From assembly GCA_944393465.1 (NCBI GenBank), contig CALYAG010000008.1, positions 6,990 to 70,989 of the forward strand: a stretch of 64,000 nucleotides of DNA. The letters run 5' to 3'. Shown here in pieces: positions 50,610-60,181 of the stretch (within the stretch, counting starts at the first letter, position 1; every line of letters starts with the position of its first letter). The DNA comes from an uncultured Clostridia bacterium (GTDB taxonomy: Bacteria > Bacillota > Clostridia > TANB77 > CAG-508). The position numbers and the translations under genes were made by a program. Below the pieces are notes generated by a model. The model did not search any database. It worked only from the letters and a program-made list of their open reading frames with translations, and was not told where the DNA came from.

Positions 50610-50682
50610 AAAGGCTGTTATTAAATAACAGCCTTTTTATATACTTAACCTAAAAAAGCCGAACAAAGTTCATAGCATTTAT

Positions 50683-50937
50683 CTAAGCTACTTTATTTTT
50701 TATTTCTTCTAAAGCTCTAGCAAGTTGGTCAGGACAAGAAGTACCTTTGTCTCCACAAAGAATACCTTTCAATCTTTTTATTGCTTCATCAACATTCATT
50801 CCTTGAACTAATCTTGCAACTCCTTGAGTATTACCAGCACAACCACCAATTATTTTAACACTCTTAATAATATTATTTTCTACATCGATTATCATTTGCC
50901 TTGAGCAAACACCTTTTGGGTTATATGTATATTGCAT
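50683..50937 (-). CDS. TSCPD-domain protein (TIGR03905-like)
   Basis: GGCAGNTQGVARL and CGDKGTSCPDQLA motifs. GGAG RBS precedes ATG 50937. Confidence 0.7.
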   Translation of the reverse strand: MQYTYNPKGVCSRQMIIDVENNIIKSVKIIGGCAGNTQGVARLVQGMNVDEAIKRLKGILCGDKGTSCPDQLARALEEIKNKVA

Positions 50938-51211
50938 TTTTATCACTCCTTTTTAACTTTATTTAAAATAAATATAACATATAGAAATATGGATTTCAAT
51001 AGTTAAAAACTTGTTTGGGGAGATGACGTAAGTTTAAAAGTAAATATTGTTATTTTAAGAAGTTAGTTGAAAAGCAACAATATTTATAGTATAATTTAAA
51101 CGTAAATTGTTGAATTGGCATAAGAATCATCGAATAGCATAGCTTTTACAGCCACTATAGAATATAATTTTCTATAGTGGTTTGTTTAAAAATTAATTTA
51201 TATGGTGGTAA

Positions 51212-51709
51212 ATGATGAAAGTTATTTTCTTAGACATTGATGGTGTTCTAAATTCAGATGAATATCTAAAAAAAGTAAAATGGTTACATATACAAGGTAT
51301 AGAAAGTGAAATAGATATTAATAAAATAAAACTATTAAAGAAAGCAGTAGATGAGACTAAAGCAAAAGTTGTATTAACTTCATCATGGAGATTTACTAGA
51401 AAGGCTCAATCTTTGAGAAATTTATTAGCAAACTATGGAATTTATGTAGATTTAACTCCTTTTATTAACAACAAACGAGGTTTAGAAATAAAAAAATGGT
51501 TGTCAGATAATACAAATGTAGAAGATTATGTTATAATAGATGATGAAAAATTTGATTCTTATGATGAAGAATTATTAAGTAAATTAATAAAAATATCAAA
51601 TGGAAATGGTTATACTTTTGGAGAAGGACTACTTTCTAAAGATGTGGATGAAATTATTAAAAGGATAGGAAGAAAATTAGAATTTGAAAAAGAAGAAATA
51701 GAGCGTTAG
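51212..51709 (+). CDS. HAD-like domain protein
   Basis: VIFLDIDGVLNSD motif I and VIIDDE late motif. Confidence 0.55.
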   Translation: MMKVIFLDIDGVLNSDEYLKKVKWLHIQGIESEIDINKIKLLKKAVDETKAKVVLTSSWRFTRKAQSLRNLLANYGIYVDLTPFINNKRGLEIKKWLSDNTNVEDYVIIDDEKFDSYDEELLSKLIKISNGNGYTFGEGLLSKDVDEIIKRIGRKLEFEKEEIER

Positions 51710-51717
51710 ATTAGCCT

Positions 51718-51828
51718 AATAAAATAAAAAATAATTATATATGGGGGAAATATACATGGTAGATTTAAAAAAAATGCAAAAAGAAATTTATCAAAATAAA
51801 GTTAATAAAGGATTTAATGTGACAGATA
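51718..51828 (+). repeat. 111-bp direct repeat, copy 2
   Basis: Matches 49925-50035. In this copy the RBS is degraded from GGAGG to GGGGGA. Confidence 0.85.
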
Positions 51829-52421
51829 ATGAGAAAAAAGCTTTGGTACTATTTTCGGGCGGAAAAGATTCTTTGGTTGTTACTTTAAGGCTATTAGATA
51901 GTAATTATAAAGTTTATTTAGTAACTTATGAAAATGGTTGTGGGCTAAAATCAGAAAATGTAAATAGCACAATAGAAAGGTTGGTACAAAAATATAGTAC
52001 TGAGAAAATAGAAAACATTGGAATTAAAAATATTGCTGGCTTTTTTAGAGAATTTATATATCCATTTTATAATTATACAAGTAGTTACATAAAAGAAAAT
52101 TATGGAGATATTACAATATCACAATTTAATTGTTTAGCATGTAGGTTAAGTATGTATATAGCGAGTATAATATTGTGTAATAGGTACAATATTAAAAATG
52201 TTTTTGATGGGGCAAGGAGAAGCCAGTTATTTGCGATAGAACAAAAAGAAATGTTGGATGAGTTTGAAAAATTATTTAGCGAAAATGGTGTTTGTATAAA
52301 TTATCCGTTAGAAAATGAGATAGATGACTGGAAATTAAAAAATGAATTGCTATTAAGAGGAGTAGTACCTAAAACATTAGAGCCACAATGCTTACTTGGC
52401 GTTCCTATTACTACCCGGTAA
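51756..52421 (+). CDS. PP-loop ATP pyrophosphatase (QueC/ExsB-like) with a MazG-derived N-terminus and a 3' frameshift
   Basis: The first 24 codons are almost identical to the MazG-like gene (one K/M difference). They are followed by LVLFSGGKDSLVV (SGGxDS PP-loop). An ORF in another frame continues from about 52410 to the TGA at 52546-52548. Confidence 0.55.
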   Translation: MVDLKKMQKEIYQNKVNKGFNVTDNEKKALVLFSGGKDSLVVTLRLLDSNYKVYLVTYENGCGLKSENVNSTIERLVQKYSTEKIENIGIKNIAGFFREFIYPFYNYTSSYIKENYGDITISQFNCLACRLSMYIASIILCNRYNIKNVFDGARRSQLFAIEQKEMLDEFEKLFSENGVCINYPLENEIDDWKLKNELLLRGVVPKTLEPQCLLGVPITTR

Positions 52422-52544
52422 AAATGATAATATTGATAAAGATGTAATAATGGCAACAGTTAATGTTTATGAAAAGTACTTGAAACAGAAAGCCGAAGAG
52501 ATACTTAATAGATATAAAGATTTAAAATTGAATGGAGATTTTAT

Positions 52545-53051
52545 ATGAGCAATAGAAGTAAAAAATTTGTATTTATTCCTTTTTGCTTAATAGCACAAGC
52601 ATATCAGGCACAGGGAATAGTAAAATATGAATGGAAATCTTCAATAAAACCGATAGTACAATTATTGATAGATAATGATATTAATATAATACAAATGCCA
52701 TGCGCAGAAACATTATTTAAAGATTCATTAATTCGAGAGCCAATGGGTATAAGTAAATATAACACAAAAGAGTTTAATGAACATTGTGAAATTTTAGCAG
52801 AAGAAGTTTCAAAACAGATACATATGATATGTAAAAATGGGTATGATGTAATTGCAGTTTTAGGAATAGAACAGTCTCCATCATGTTGTGTAAATTATAT
52901 TTATACAAATCATGGAATGGAAAAAAGAAAAGGTTTGTTTATGGATAAACTTTGTAAGAAAATAGAAGATTTAGATATACCAATTATAGGTATTAATAGA
53001 AAATATATAAATAAATCATTAAGAGAGTTAGAAAAGATTGTTGGAAAATAG
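52545..53051 (+). CDS. Cys-containing hypothetical protein, possibly DUF523/TudS-related
   Basis: 168 aa with FIPFCL, MPCAE and SPSCCV motifs. Its ATG overlaps the stop of the extended upstream frame (ATGA). Weak functional call. Confidence 0.35.
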   Translation: MSNRSKKFVFIPFCLIAQAYQAQGIVKYEWKSSIKPIVQLLIDNDINIIQMPCAETLFKDSLIREPMGISKYNTKEFNEHCEILAEEVSKQIHMICKNGYDVIAVLGIEQSPSCCVNYIYTNHGMEKRKGLFMDKLCKKIEDLDIPIIGINRKYINKSLRELEKIVGK

Positions 53052-53114
53052 AATTTATAGTGTTTAACTAATTAAAAATAGATATTATTTTTATAGCAAT
53101 GGAGGAGATCGTAA

Positions 53115-53669
53115 ATGACCGAGGAAGAAAAAATGTTAGCAGGAGAAATATATGATGCTAACTATAATAAAGATTTAATAGAAAAAAGAATAATTGCAAA
53201 AGAATTATGCAAAAAATATAATGAATTGCATGTAAGAGATATTATAGGCAAAAAAGAAGTGATAGAAAAATTATTACAAAAAGAAGTAAAACAATTCACA
53301 ATTGAACCGAATTTCTTTTGTGATTATGGTTTTAATATTAGTTTTGGAGAAAACTTTTATTCAAATCACAACTTAGTTATATTAGATGCTAATAAGGTTG
53401 AATTTGGAGACAATGTATTCATAGGACCTAATTGTGGATTTTATACCTCAGGACATCCTATAGATTTTGAAACAAGAAATAAGGGATTAGAATATGCAAA
53501 ACCAATTAAAGTAGGAAATAATGTTTGGATTGGTGGAAATGTTTGTGTTATGCCTGGAGTGACTATTGGAAGCAATGTGGTTATTGGCGCTGGAAGTGTT
53601 GTTACAAAAGATATTCCAGACAATTGTGTGGCATATGGAAATCCTTGTAAGGTGGCTAAAAGTTTATAA
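53115..53669 (+). CDS. Sugar (maltose/galactoside) O-acetyltransferase, left-handed beta-helix
   Basis: Mac N-terminal motif GEIYDANYNKDL and hexapeptide repeats (IGPNCG..., VWIGGNVCVMPGVTIGSNVVIGAGSVV). Confidence 0.8.
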   Translation: MTEEEKMLAGEIYDANYNKDLIEKRIIAKELCKKYNELHVRDIIGKKEVIEKLLQKEVKQFTIEPNFFCDYGFNISFGENFYSNHNLVILDANKVEFGDNVFIGPNCGFYTSGHPIDFETRNKGLEYAKPIKVGNNVWIGGNVCVMPGVTIGSNVVIGAGSVVTKDIPDNCVAYGNPCKVAKSL

Positions 53670-53717
53670 TAATATATAATCTTGTATTAAACAATTTAAA
53701 AATTAAGAAATAACATT

Positions 53718-53924
53718 ATGAAAAAGAAAGTATTTATAATAGTATCGATTATAATATTAATAGTTTTAATAATATCACTTTTAATCTGGATAGGATATGA
53801 AAAATATTTAGATGAAAATTATTCAGCAATAGCAACAGTAGTTTCAAATAGAGCAAGATTCTTTTGCTTAGGATTAATAAAAGAAATCGGAAAAGTATCA
53901 GAACTTTTTGGAGAACACAGATAG
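53718..53924 (+). CDS. Small membrane-anchored hypothetical protein
   Basis: 68 aa with an N-terminal TM helix. Confidence 0.3.
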   Translation: MKKKVFIIVSIIILIVLIISLLIWIGYEKYLDENYSAIATVVSNRARFFCLGLIKEIGKVSELFGEHR

Positions 53925-54325
53925 TATGAAACAAAGTTTTGAATTTATAGAAGTTAATCAAAATAATAAATATATACTTGATAATGTTTTAGAATATTAT
54001 CAGCATGAATTTAATGAATTTTACAATATATAGAAGGCGGCTTTTTTAGCATTGATTTACTTAAATATATTTTAAACAAAAAGCAAGGATATATTGAGAT
54101 GAAAGTTTTAGAAAATAATACTATGGATATTATATATTAATTTATTTGTAATAAACACTTGCTACAAAATTTTGATAATACATTCAAAAATCATAACTAA
54201 ATTTAGTTGACTTCTCGCTTTATTTATTATAAAATACTACTATAGCTTATATAATAATTAATGTAATATAATATAAAATAAATAAATGTAGTAAGAGTTA
54301 AATATTTAGTTAAGGATGTGTTCTT

Positions 54326-55270
54326 ATGGAAGAAAAAAAGAATGAAATTATTTTATTTGAAAACCAAGGCGTAAAATTAGAAGTAAATGTAAAAGATGAA
54401 ACGGTATGGCTAACGCAAGAACAAATGGCAATTTTATTTGATAAAGCCAAATCAACAATTAATGAGCACATAAAAAACATATACAAAGAAGGAGAACTAT
54501 TAGAAAACGAAACTTTAACTAAATTCGGAAATTCCGAATTTTCTGATAAGCCAACTAACTATTATAATTTAGATATGATTATTTCAGTTGGTTATAGAGT
54601 TAAATCTCAGAATGGTATTGCTTTTAGAAAATGGGCAACAAAAGTTTTAAAAGATTATATGTTAAAAGGTTATGCGATAAATCAAAGAAGATTAGAGTAT
54701 TTGGAGAAGACAATAAAATTGATAGACATTGCAAATCGAATTGATGATAGATTAGAAAATGATGATGCAAAAGAAATATTAAAAGTTATTGGTGAATATT
54801 CACGAGCATTAGATATGTTAGATGAATATGATCATAAAACATTAAAAAAACCAGATGGAAATGTAGATACAAGAGTAATAACTTATGATGATTGTATGAC
54901 TATTATAAATAGTTTAAAATATAAAGAAGAAAGCGAATTATTTGGCGTTGAAAGAGATAAAGGTTTGAAGGCAATTATAGGAAATGTGTATCAGTCATTT
55001 GACGGACAAGATATTTATAGTACAATAGAAGAAAAAGCTGCTAATTTGCTTTATTTAGTTGTAAAAAATCATGTTTTTATTGATGGAAATAAAAGAATTG
55101 CAGCAACATTATTTATATATTTTCTAAAGTTTTATAACATATTATATAATGCAAATGGAAAAGTTATTGATAATCATACATTAACAGCATTAACATTGCT
55201 TGTTGCAGAATCTAACCCTAAAGAAAAAGAAGTTATGATAGATTTGATTATGAACTTTTTGACGGAATAA
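54326..55270 (+). CDS. RhuM-family N-terminal domain fused to a Fic/Doc domain
   Basis: N-terminus: VWLTQEQMAILFDKAKSTINEHIKNIY...ISVGYRVKSQNGIAFRKWAT (RhuM-like). C-terminus: HVFIDGNKRIAA (Doc-type Fic motif). Confidence 0.7.
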   Translation: MEEKKNEIILFENQGVKLEVNVKDETVWLTQEQMAILFDKAKSTINEHIKNIYKEGELLENETLTKFGNSEFSDKPTNYYNLDMIISVGYRVKSQNGIAFRKWATKVLKDYMLKGYAINQRRLEYLEKTIKLIDIANRIDDRLENDDAKEILKVIGEYSRALDMLDEYDHKTLKKPDGNVDTRVITYDDCMTIINSLKYKEESELFGVERDKGLKAIIGNVYQSFDGQDIYSTIEEKAANLLYLVVKNHVFIDGNKRIAATLFIYFLKFYNILYNANGKVIDNHTLTALTLLVAESNPKEKEVMIDLIMNFLTE

Positions 55271-55438
55271 AAAAATTACATAAACATTGTATCTCGTTAT
55301 ACAATGTCTTTTAATACAAAAAGGTATAGAAGACATTGAAGCTAATAGAGTTTACTCTTTAGATGAAGTATTTGCAAAAATAGATATTATATAAAAGGCT
55401 GCTATTTAATAACAGCTTTTTTTATTTTATAAAAACTA

Positions 55439-55482
55439 TTGACAACTGTATATAAACAGTATATACTGTATATATACAGCAT
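55439..55482 (+). promoter_or_regulatory. Promoter and tandem palindromic operators upstream of the GntR-ABC operon
   Basis: TTGACA at 55439-55444 is followed by ACTGTATATAAACAGT and ACTGTATATATACAGC imperfect palindromes. Confidence 0.45.
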
Positions 55483-55530
55483 AACACTTAATAATACTTA
55501 AATTATTAAAAGAAAGGAGAGTGGCGAAAA

Positions 55531-55944
55531 TTGGACATTATAATTAGTAATTCAGTTGATACACCTTTATATGAGCAAGTTAAAGAGCAAATCAAAAATA
55601 AAATAGTTGCCAATGAATTAAAGGCTGGAGAATTATTGCCTTCTATAAGAAGCTTAGCAAAAGATCTACGTATAAGTGTTATTACCACTAAAAATGCTTA
55701 TGACGAATTAGAAAAAGAAGGCTATGTTAAAACTATTCCGGGAAAAGGTACATATGTTGCAAACAAAAATACAGAGCTTATAAAAGAGGAACAACTGCAA
55801 AAAGTAGAAGGGTTAATAGATACAGCGGTATCTATTGCTAAAATAAGTGGAATAACAAAAAAAGAGATTAAAGAAATGCTTGACATTTTGTATGGAGAAG
55901 AGAACGAAAATAAGCAAAAATCAATAAAAGGGAGGAAAGTATAG
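55531..55944 (+). CDS. GntR-family (YtrA-subfamily) transcriptional regulator
   Basis: PLYEQVKEQIKNKI..LPSIRSLAKDLRISVITTKNAYDELEKEGY wHTH. TTG start 9 nt after GGAGAG. Confidence 0.8.
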   Translation: MDIIISNSVDTPLYEQVKEQIKNKIVANELKAGELLPSIRSLAKDLRISVITTKNAYDELEKEGYVKTIPGKGTYVANKNTELIKEEQLQKVEGLIDTAVSIAKISGITKKEIKEMLDILYGEENENKQKSIKGRKV

Positions 55945-55946
55945 AG

Positions 55947-56816
55947 ATGGCTAATAATAATAAAAACATATTAGAAGTTAAAAATCTAAACAAAGAGTAT
56001 AATAGTTTTAAATTAAAGGATATTAATCTAAGCTTACCCAAAGGCATGATAATGGGATTAATCGGAGAAAACGGAGCAGGAAAAACTACAACTATTAAAT
56101 CAATATTAAATTTAACCTCTATAGATAGTGGTGAAATAAACATATTTGGGATGGATATGAAAGAAGAGGCAAAGAAAATAAAAGAAGATATTGGTGTTGT
56201 TTTGGATGATAGCTTTTTATCGGAACATTTAACCCCTAAAGATATAAACCAAATAATGAAAAATATTTATTCTAATTGGGACGAAGACTTGTTTTTAGAA
56301 TATTTGAAAGATTTTAAATTACCATTAAAACAAGAATCTAAAGACTTTTCAAGTGGAATGAAAGTAAAATTAAAAATAGCCATTGCGATTTCTCATTATC
56401 CTAAGTTATTGATATTAGACGAACCAACTTCAGGTTTAGATCCTGTTGCAAGAAGTGAAATATTAGATATTTTCCAAGATTTTATACAAGATGGAGAAAG
56501 CTCTATATTAGTGTCAAGCCACATAACATCAGACTTAGAGCATATTGCAGATTACATAACTTTTATAAATGATGGCAAAATTTTATTATCAAAAACTAGA
56601 GATGAATTATTAGAACAATATGGAATTGTAAGATGCTCAAAGGAAGATTTTGAAAAAATAGATGAAAACGATTATGAAAAATATAAAATAAATAAATATG
56701 AATATGATGTGTTAGTTTCAAATAAAAAAGAATTTAAGAGAAAATACGATTTTAAAGTAATTGATAAACCAACTTTGGATGACATAATGTTAATTTATAT
56801 AAAGGGGGAAAAATAG
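55947..56816 (+). CDS. ABC transporter ATP-binding protein
   Basis: Walker A GENGAGKTT, signature FSSGMKVK and Walker B LLILDEP. Confidence 0.9.
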   Translation: MANNNKNILEVKNLNKEYNSFKLKDINLSLPKGMIMGLIGENGAGKTTTIKSILNLTSIDSGEINIFGMDMKEEAKKIKEDIGVVLDDSFLSEHLTPKDINQIMKNIYSNWDEDLFLEYLKDFKLPLKQESKDFSSGMKVKLKIAIAISHYPKLLILDEPTSGLDPVARSEILDIFQDFIQDGESSILVSSHITSDLEHIADYITFINDGKILLSKTRDELLEQYGIVRCSKEDFEKIDENDYEKYKINKYEYDVLVSNKKEFKRKYDFKVIDKPTLDDIMLIYIKGEK

Positions 56817-56817
56817 T

Positions 56818-57486
56818 ATGAATATAATAAAAGGGTTACTTATAAAAGATATATTACAATTAAAAAGTTATTGGAAAACAACAATTATCTATATAGTAGT
56901 TTTTACTTTAATAGGGATTACGCAAGGGACTTCTGGAGGTGTGGAGATGGTAATAATATTAATGCTCACACTTGGATTTGGAATGTTTACAATGGCGAGC
57001 TTTAACTATGATGAGCAGGCAAAAGCTGATAGCTATGTTCTAAGTTTTCCACTAGACATAAAACAAGTATTAGTTTCAAAATATATTCTAGTAATTTCAG
57101 CTACAGTAATTGGTGCTATAGTAGGAATAATTTTTAGTATTATAATAGATATAAATACTAAGGCATTTTTTCCGGACATTGGAGTGCTATTGTATGTTGC
57201 AATTGGAAGTATATTTTGTATAAGCATTATAGAAGCAATTCAAATTCCTTGCATTTATAAATGGGGCTCAGAAAAAGGCAGAATACATACGATTATAGCA
57301 ATAGCACTAATTTTCCTTATAATAGGAGGTTTAGCTATTATAAGCCAAAATAATAGTATTATTTTTTCAACTAATGCAGTACCAAATGCGGTGGATAGTT
57401 TCTTACCAATATTTTTAATAATTATAACTGCATTGATTTATTACACATCATATAAATTTTCTTATAAAATATATGAAAATAAATAA
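56818..57486 (+). CDS. ABC-2-type transporter permease
   Basis: Six predicted TM helices, directly following the ATPase gene (1-nt gap). Confidence 0.6.
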   Translation: MNIIKGLLIKDILQLKSYWKTTIIYIVVFTLIGITQGTSGGVEMVIILMLTLGFGMFTMASFNYDEQAKADSYVLSFPLDIKQVLVSKYILVISATVIGAIVGIIFSIIIDINTKAFFPDIGVLLYVAIGSIFCISIIEAIQIPCIYKWGSEKGRIHTIIAIALIFLIIGGLAIISQNNSIIFSTNAVPNAVDSFLPIFLIIITALIYYTSYKFSYKIYENK

Positions 57487-57691
57487 TAGGCAAAAATATA
57501 TTTTTAGTAGATAATCATAGATTACGTGATAAAGCTTTATTATAAATTAAAAATCCTTAGTAAAAAAGAAAATTATTTTATACTGATATAGTATAGAATA
57601 ATTTTCTTTTTTATGGTATTATAAATTAAAATTTTGCATTTAAAAGATAATTATAACAATGAACGTAATCTGAAAACAGGGAGGAATAGGT

Positions 57692-58471
57692 ATGGAAAAT
57701 GTAGCAATAGGACTATTAATACCTTTTTTAGGAACTACATTAGGTTCTGCAATGGTATTTTTAATGAAAGATAAAATAAATCCAAAAGTGCAAAAATTAT
57801 TATTAGGATTTGCAGCAGGAGTAATGATTGCAGCATCAATTTGGTCATTAATAATTCCTTCAATAGATATGGCAGAAGAGCAAGGTACAATCTCATGGCT
57901 TCCAGCAGCAATTGGATTCATACTTGGGATTGGATTCCTTTTACTTTTAGATAGCATTATACCGCATTTACACTTGAATTCAAAAAAGCCAGAAGGAATT
58001 AAAGCTAAACTAAAAAATGAAATAATGATGGTTTTAGCAGTAACCCTTCATAATATTCCAGAAGGAATGGCTGAAGGTATAGTGTTTGCTGGAATGCTAG
58101 TGCCAGACTCAGGCATTACGGTTGCTAGCGCTTTTGTACTTGCAACTGGCCTTGCAATTCAAAACTTTCCAGAAGGTGCAATAATATCTATGCCACTAAA
58201 AGATGAAGGAATGTCTAAGACCAAAGCTTTTATATATGGAACTTTGTCAGGAATCGTCGAGCCAATAGGAGCAATAATAACAATTTTATTAACCACTTCT
58301 GTTGTGCCAATACTTCCATATTTGTTAGCTTTTGCAGCTGGTGCAATGATTTATGTAGTTGTTGAAGAATTAATACCTGAATCTCAAGAGGGAGAACATT
58401 CAAACATAGGAACAATTGGCGTTGCAATAGGTTTTGTAATTATGATGGAGCTAGATATAGCTTTGGGGTGA
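57692..58471 (+). CDS. ZIP-family divalent metal (zinc) transporter
   Basis: HNIPEGMA and QNFPEGA motifs with 8 TM helices (ZupT-like). Confidence 0.85.
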   Translation: MENVAIGLLIPFLGTTLGSAMVFLMKDKINPKVQKLLLGFAAGVMIAASIWSLIIPSIDMAEEQGTISWLPAAIGFILGIGFLLLLDSIIPHLHLNSKKPEGIKAKLKNEIMMVLAVTLHNIPEGMAEGIVFAGMLVPDSGITVASAFVLATGLAIQNFPEGAIISMPLKDEGMSKTKAFIYGTLSGIVEPIGAIITILLTTSVVPILPYLLAFAAGAMIYVVVEELIPESQEGEHSNIGTIGVAIGFVIMMELDIALG

Positions 58472-58567
58472 TAAATATCAGAAAATTTGTATCGAATAAA
58501 TGTTGCAATAATTTAAAAAAGTATTGAAAAAACATCAACATTTTGTTACAATAGAAAGAGAGTAAAG

Positions 58568-59477
58568 ATGTCAGATAAAAGCAATGCCCCATTATTAGAT
58601 GATTACGTATTTAAACGTACATTTACAAGGGATGATCCAAATGGAATATTAAAAGATTTTTTAGAAGCAATATTAAAAATTAAGTTAAAAAATGTGCAAG
58701 TATTAAATGCAGAAATTCCAAAAGATATATTGAATGAAAAAGGTAGCGTGCTAGATATAAGAGCAGAGCTAGACAATAAAAGATTAGTTGATATCGAGAT
58801 GCAAGTACAAGATAAAGGAAATATATCAAAGCGTAGCACAGTGTACATGAGCAAAAATATTGCTACTCAAATAAAAACAAGTGAAGATTATAAGCTTCTA
58901 AAGCCATCAATAGTAATAAATATTTTAAACTTTAATAGGTATAAAAGAAATAGTTATCATTCAATAGCTCATATGAAGTTTGAAAAAACAAGCGAAGAAG
59001 CATATGTGGACTTAGGTTATAAAAAAGAGGACCAGTTAGCTACAAATGTTTTAGAAATGCATTTTATAGAATTACCTAAGTTTGTAAAGAAAAATCCTGA
59101 AATAAAAAACAAGCTAGATGAGTGGTTGTGGCTTATAGTAGGAAGGGAGGATAAAGTAGAAATGTCAAAGTTAGATAATCCAGAGGTAAAAAAAGCGATG
59201 AAGTTGGTAGATGAAATAATGGCTGATCCAAAAGAAAGAGAAATAATTGAAGCAAGGGCAATGGCAAAGTTTAACTATGACAGTGCAGTAGCATATGCAA
59301 AAGAAACTGGAATGAAAGAAGGAAAAAAGCAACGGCATAGAGGAGAGCAAAAAAGAAAATGAAAAAAAGATGAAAGAAATTATTAACAATTTGAAAAAAA
59401 TGAACATATCAGATGAGCAAATTTGTCAAATATTAAATATAACAGAAGAAAAGTTAAGAGAACTAATTGAAAAGTAA
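58568..59477 (+). pseudogene. Rpn-family nuclease paralog 2, C-terminal domain split by a frameshift in an A-rich tract
   Basis: 58568-59362 encodes the nuclease core (LLDDYVFKRTF, VLDIRAELDNKRLVDIEMQ). A +1-frame ORF at 59370-59477 (MKEIINNLKKMNISDEQICQILNITEEKLRELIEK) matches the C-terminal tail of paralog 1. Confidence 0.55.
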
Positions 59478-59585
59478 TCTTTTTGGATAATAATTATATT
59501 AATATAATAAATATGTAATAAAAGGCAGATAGTTAATAATCTGCTTTTTATTATTAAAAGCATAATAGCTAACATGCCAGCAAAT

Positions 59586-59999
59586 TTAATACAAAATATT
59601 CTCTGCTCTATTTTTATAATTTTCAAGAAGTTCATATGCCTCACTTATTGAACAATTATCAATATCAATATTTGACAAATCTTTAAGTAATTGCATTGCT
59701 TTATCATTTGCCTCATATTGTTTGTAAGTAAATATAATTTGAGAACTTGGATCAATAACTTTTACAGAATAATTGCAGTGAGATAAAATGCGGGAATATT
59801 TTTCAAGAGAAGAAGATGGAAAACCACACTTAACAACATCGTTTGTAAGATTTGTAAGTTTTAAACCTAGAATATCAGAAGCTATAATTGCATCTTTATC
59901 AATAAAAAGTAAAAAAATACCTGACTTAAATAAATACAAAACATTATCTTCTTTTGAAGATTTTTTCAAATAACAATATACATCATATAGTTTACTCAT
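59586..59999 (-). CDS. MutS-domain-I-like small protein (DGR-flanking, copy 1)
   Basis: 137 aa. VLYLFKSGIFLLFIDKDAIIASDILGLKLT....VKCGFPSSSLEKYSRILSHCNYSVKVID aligns by eye with the MutS N-terminal mismatch-binding domain (ILLFYRMGDFYELFYDDA...LT....PMAGIP...YL..L...G.VAI.EQ). AAGAGG RBS. Confidence 0.6.
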   Translation of the reverse strand: MSKLYDVYCYLKKSSKEDNVLYLFKSGIFLLFIDKDAIIASDILGLKLTNLTNDVVKCGFPSSSLEKYSRILSHCNYSVKVIDPSSQIIFTYKQYEANDKAMQLLKDLSNIDIDNCSISEAYELLENYKNRAENILY

Positions 60000-60181
60000 A
60001 ATAACCTCTTTTCTTTAGCAATTAACATAATTTTAATTTGACTATTAAAAATTATACACTATTAAAAAATAAATAACAACAAAGTTGGAAGGAATAGGAA
60101 CAAAATGGATAAAAATAAAAGTAGATAGTTAAAAGTAATGAATTATTAAAAAAACTTAGTAAAGAATTTTGGAAAAAGTTG

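Noticed and set aside
57520-57673. 9-nt inverted copies agattacgt / acgtaatct flanking the ZIP transporter promoter region; possible Zur-box-like element
   Set aside because: The two halves are about 135 nt apart, too far for a single operator, and the match to the Zur consensus is only partial. Chance occurrence is plausible in AT-rich DNA.
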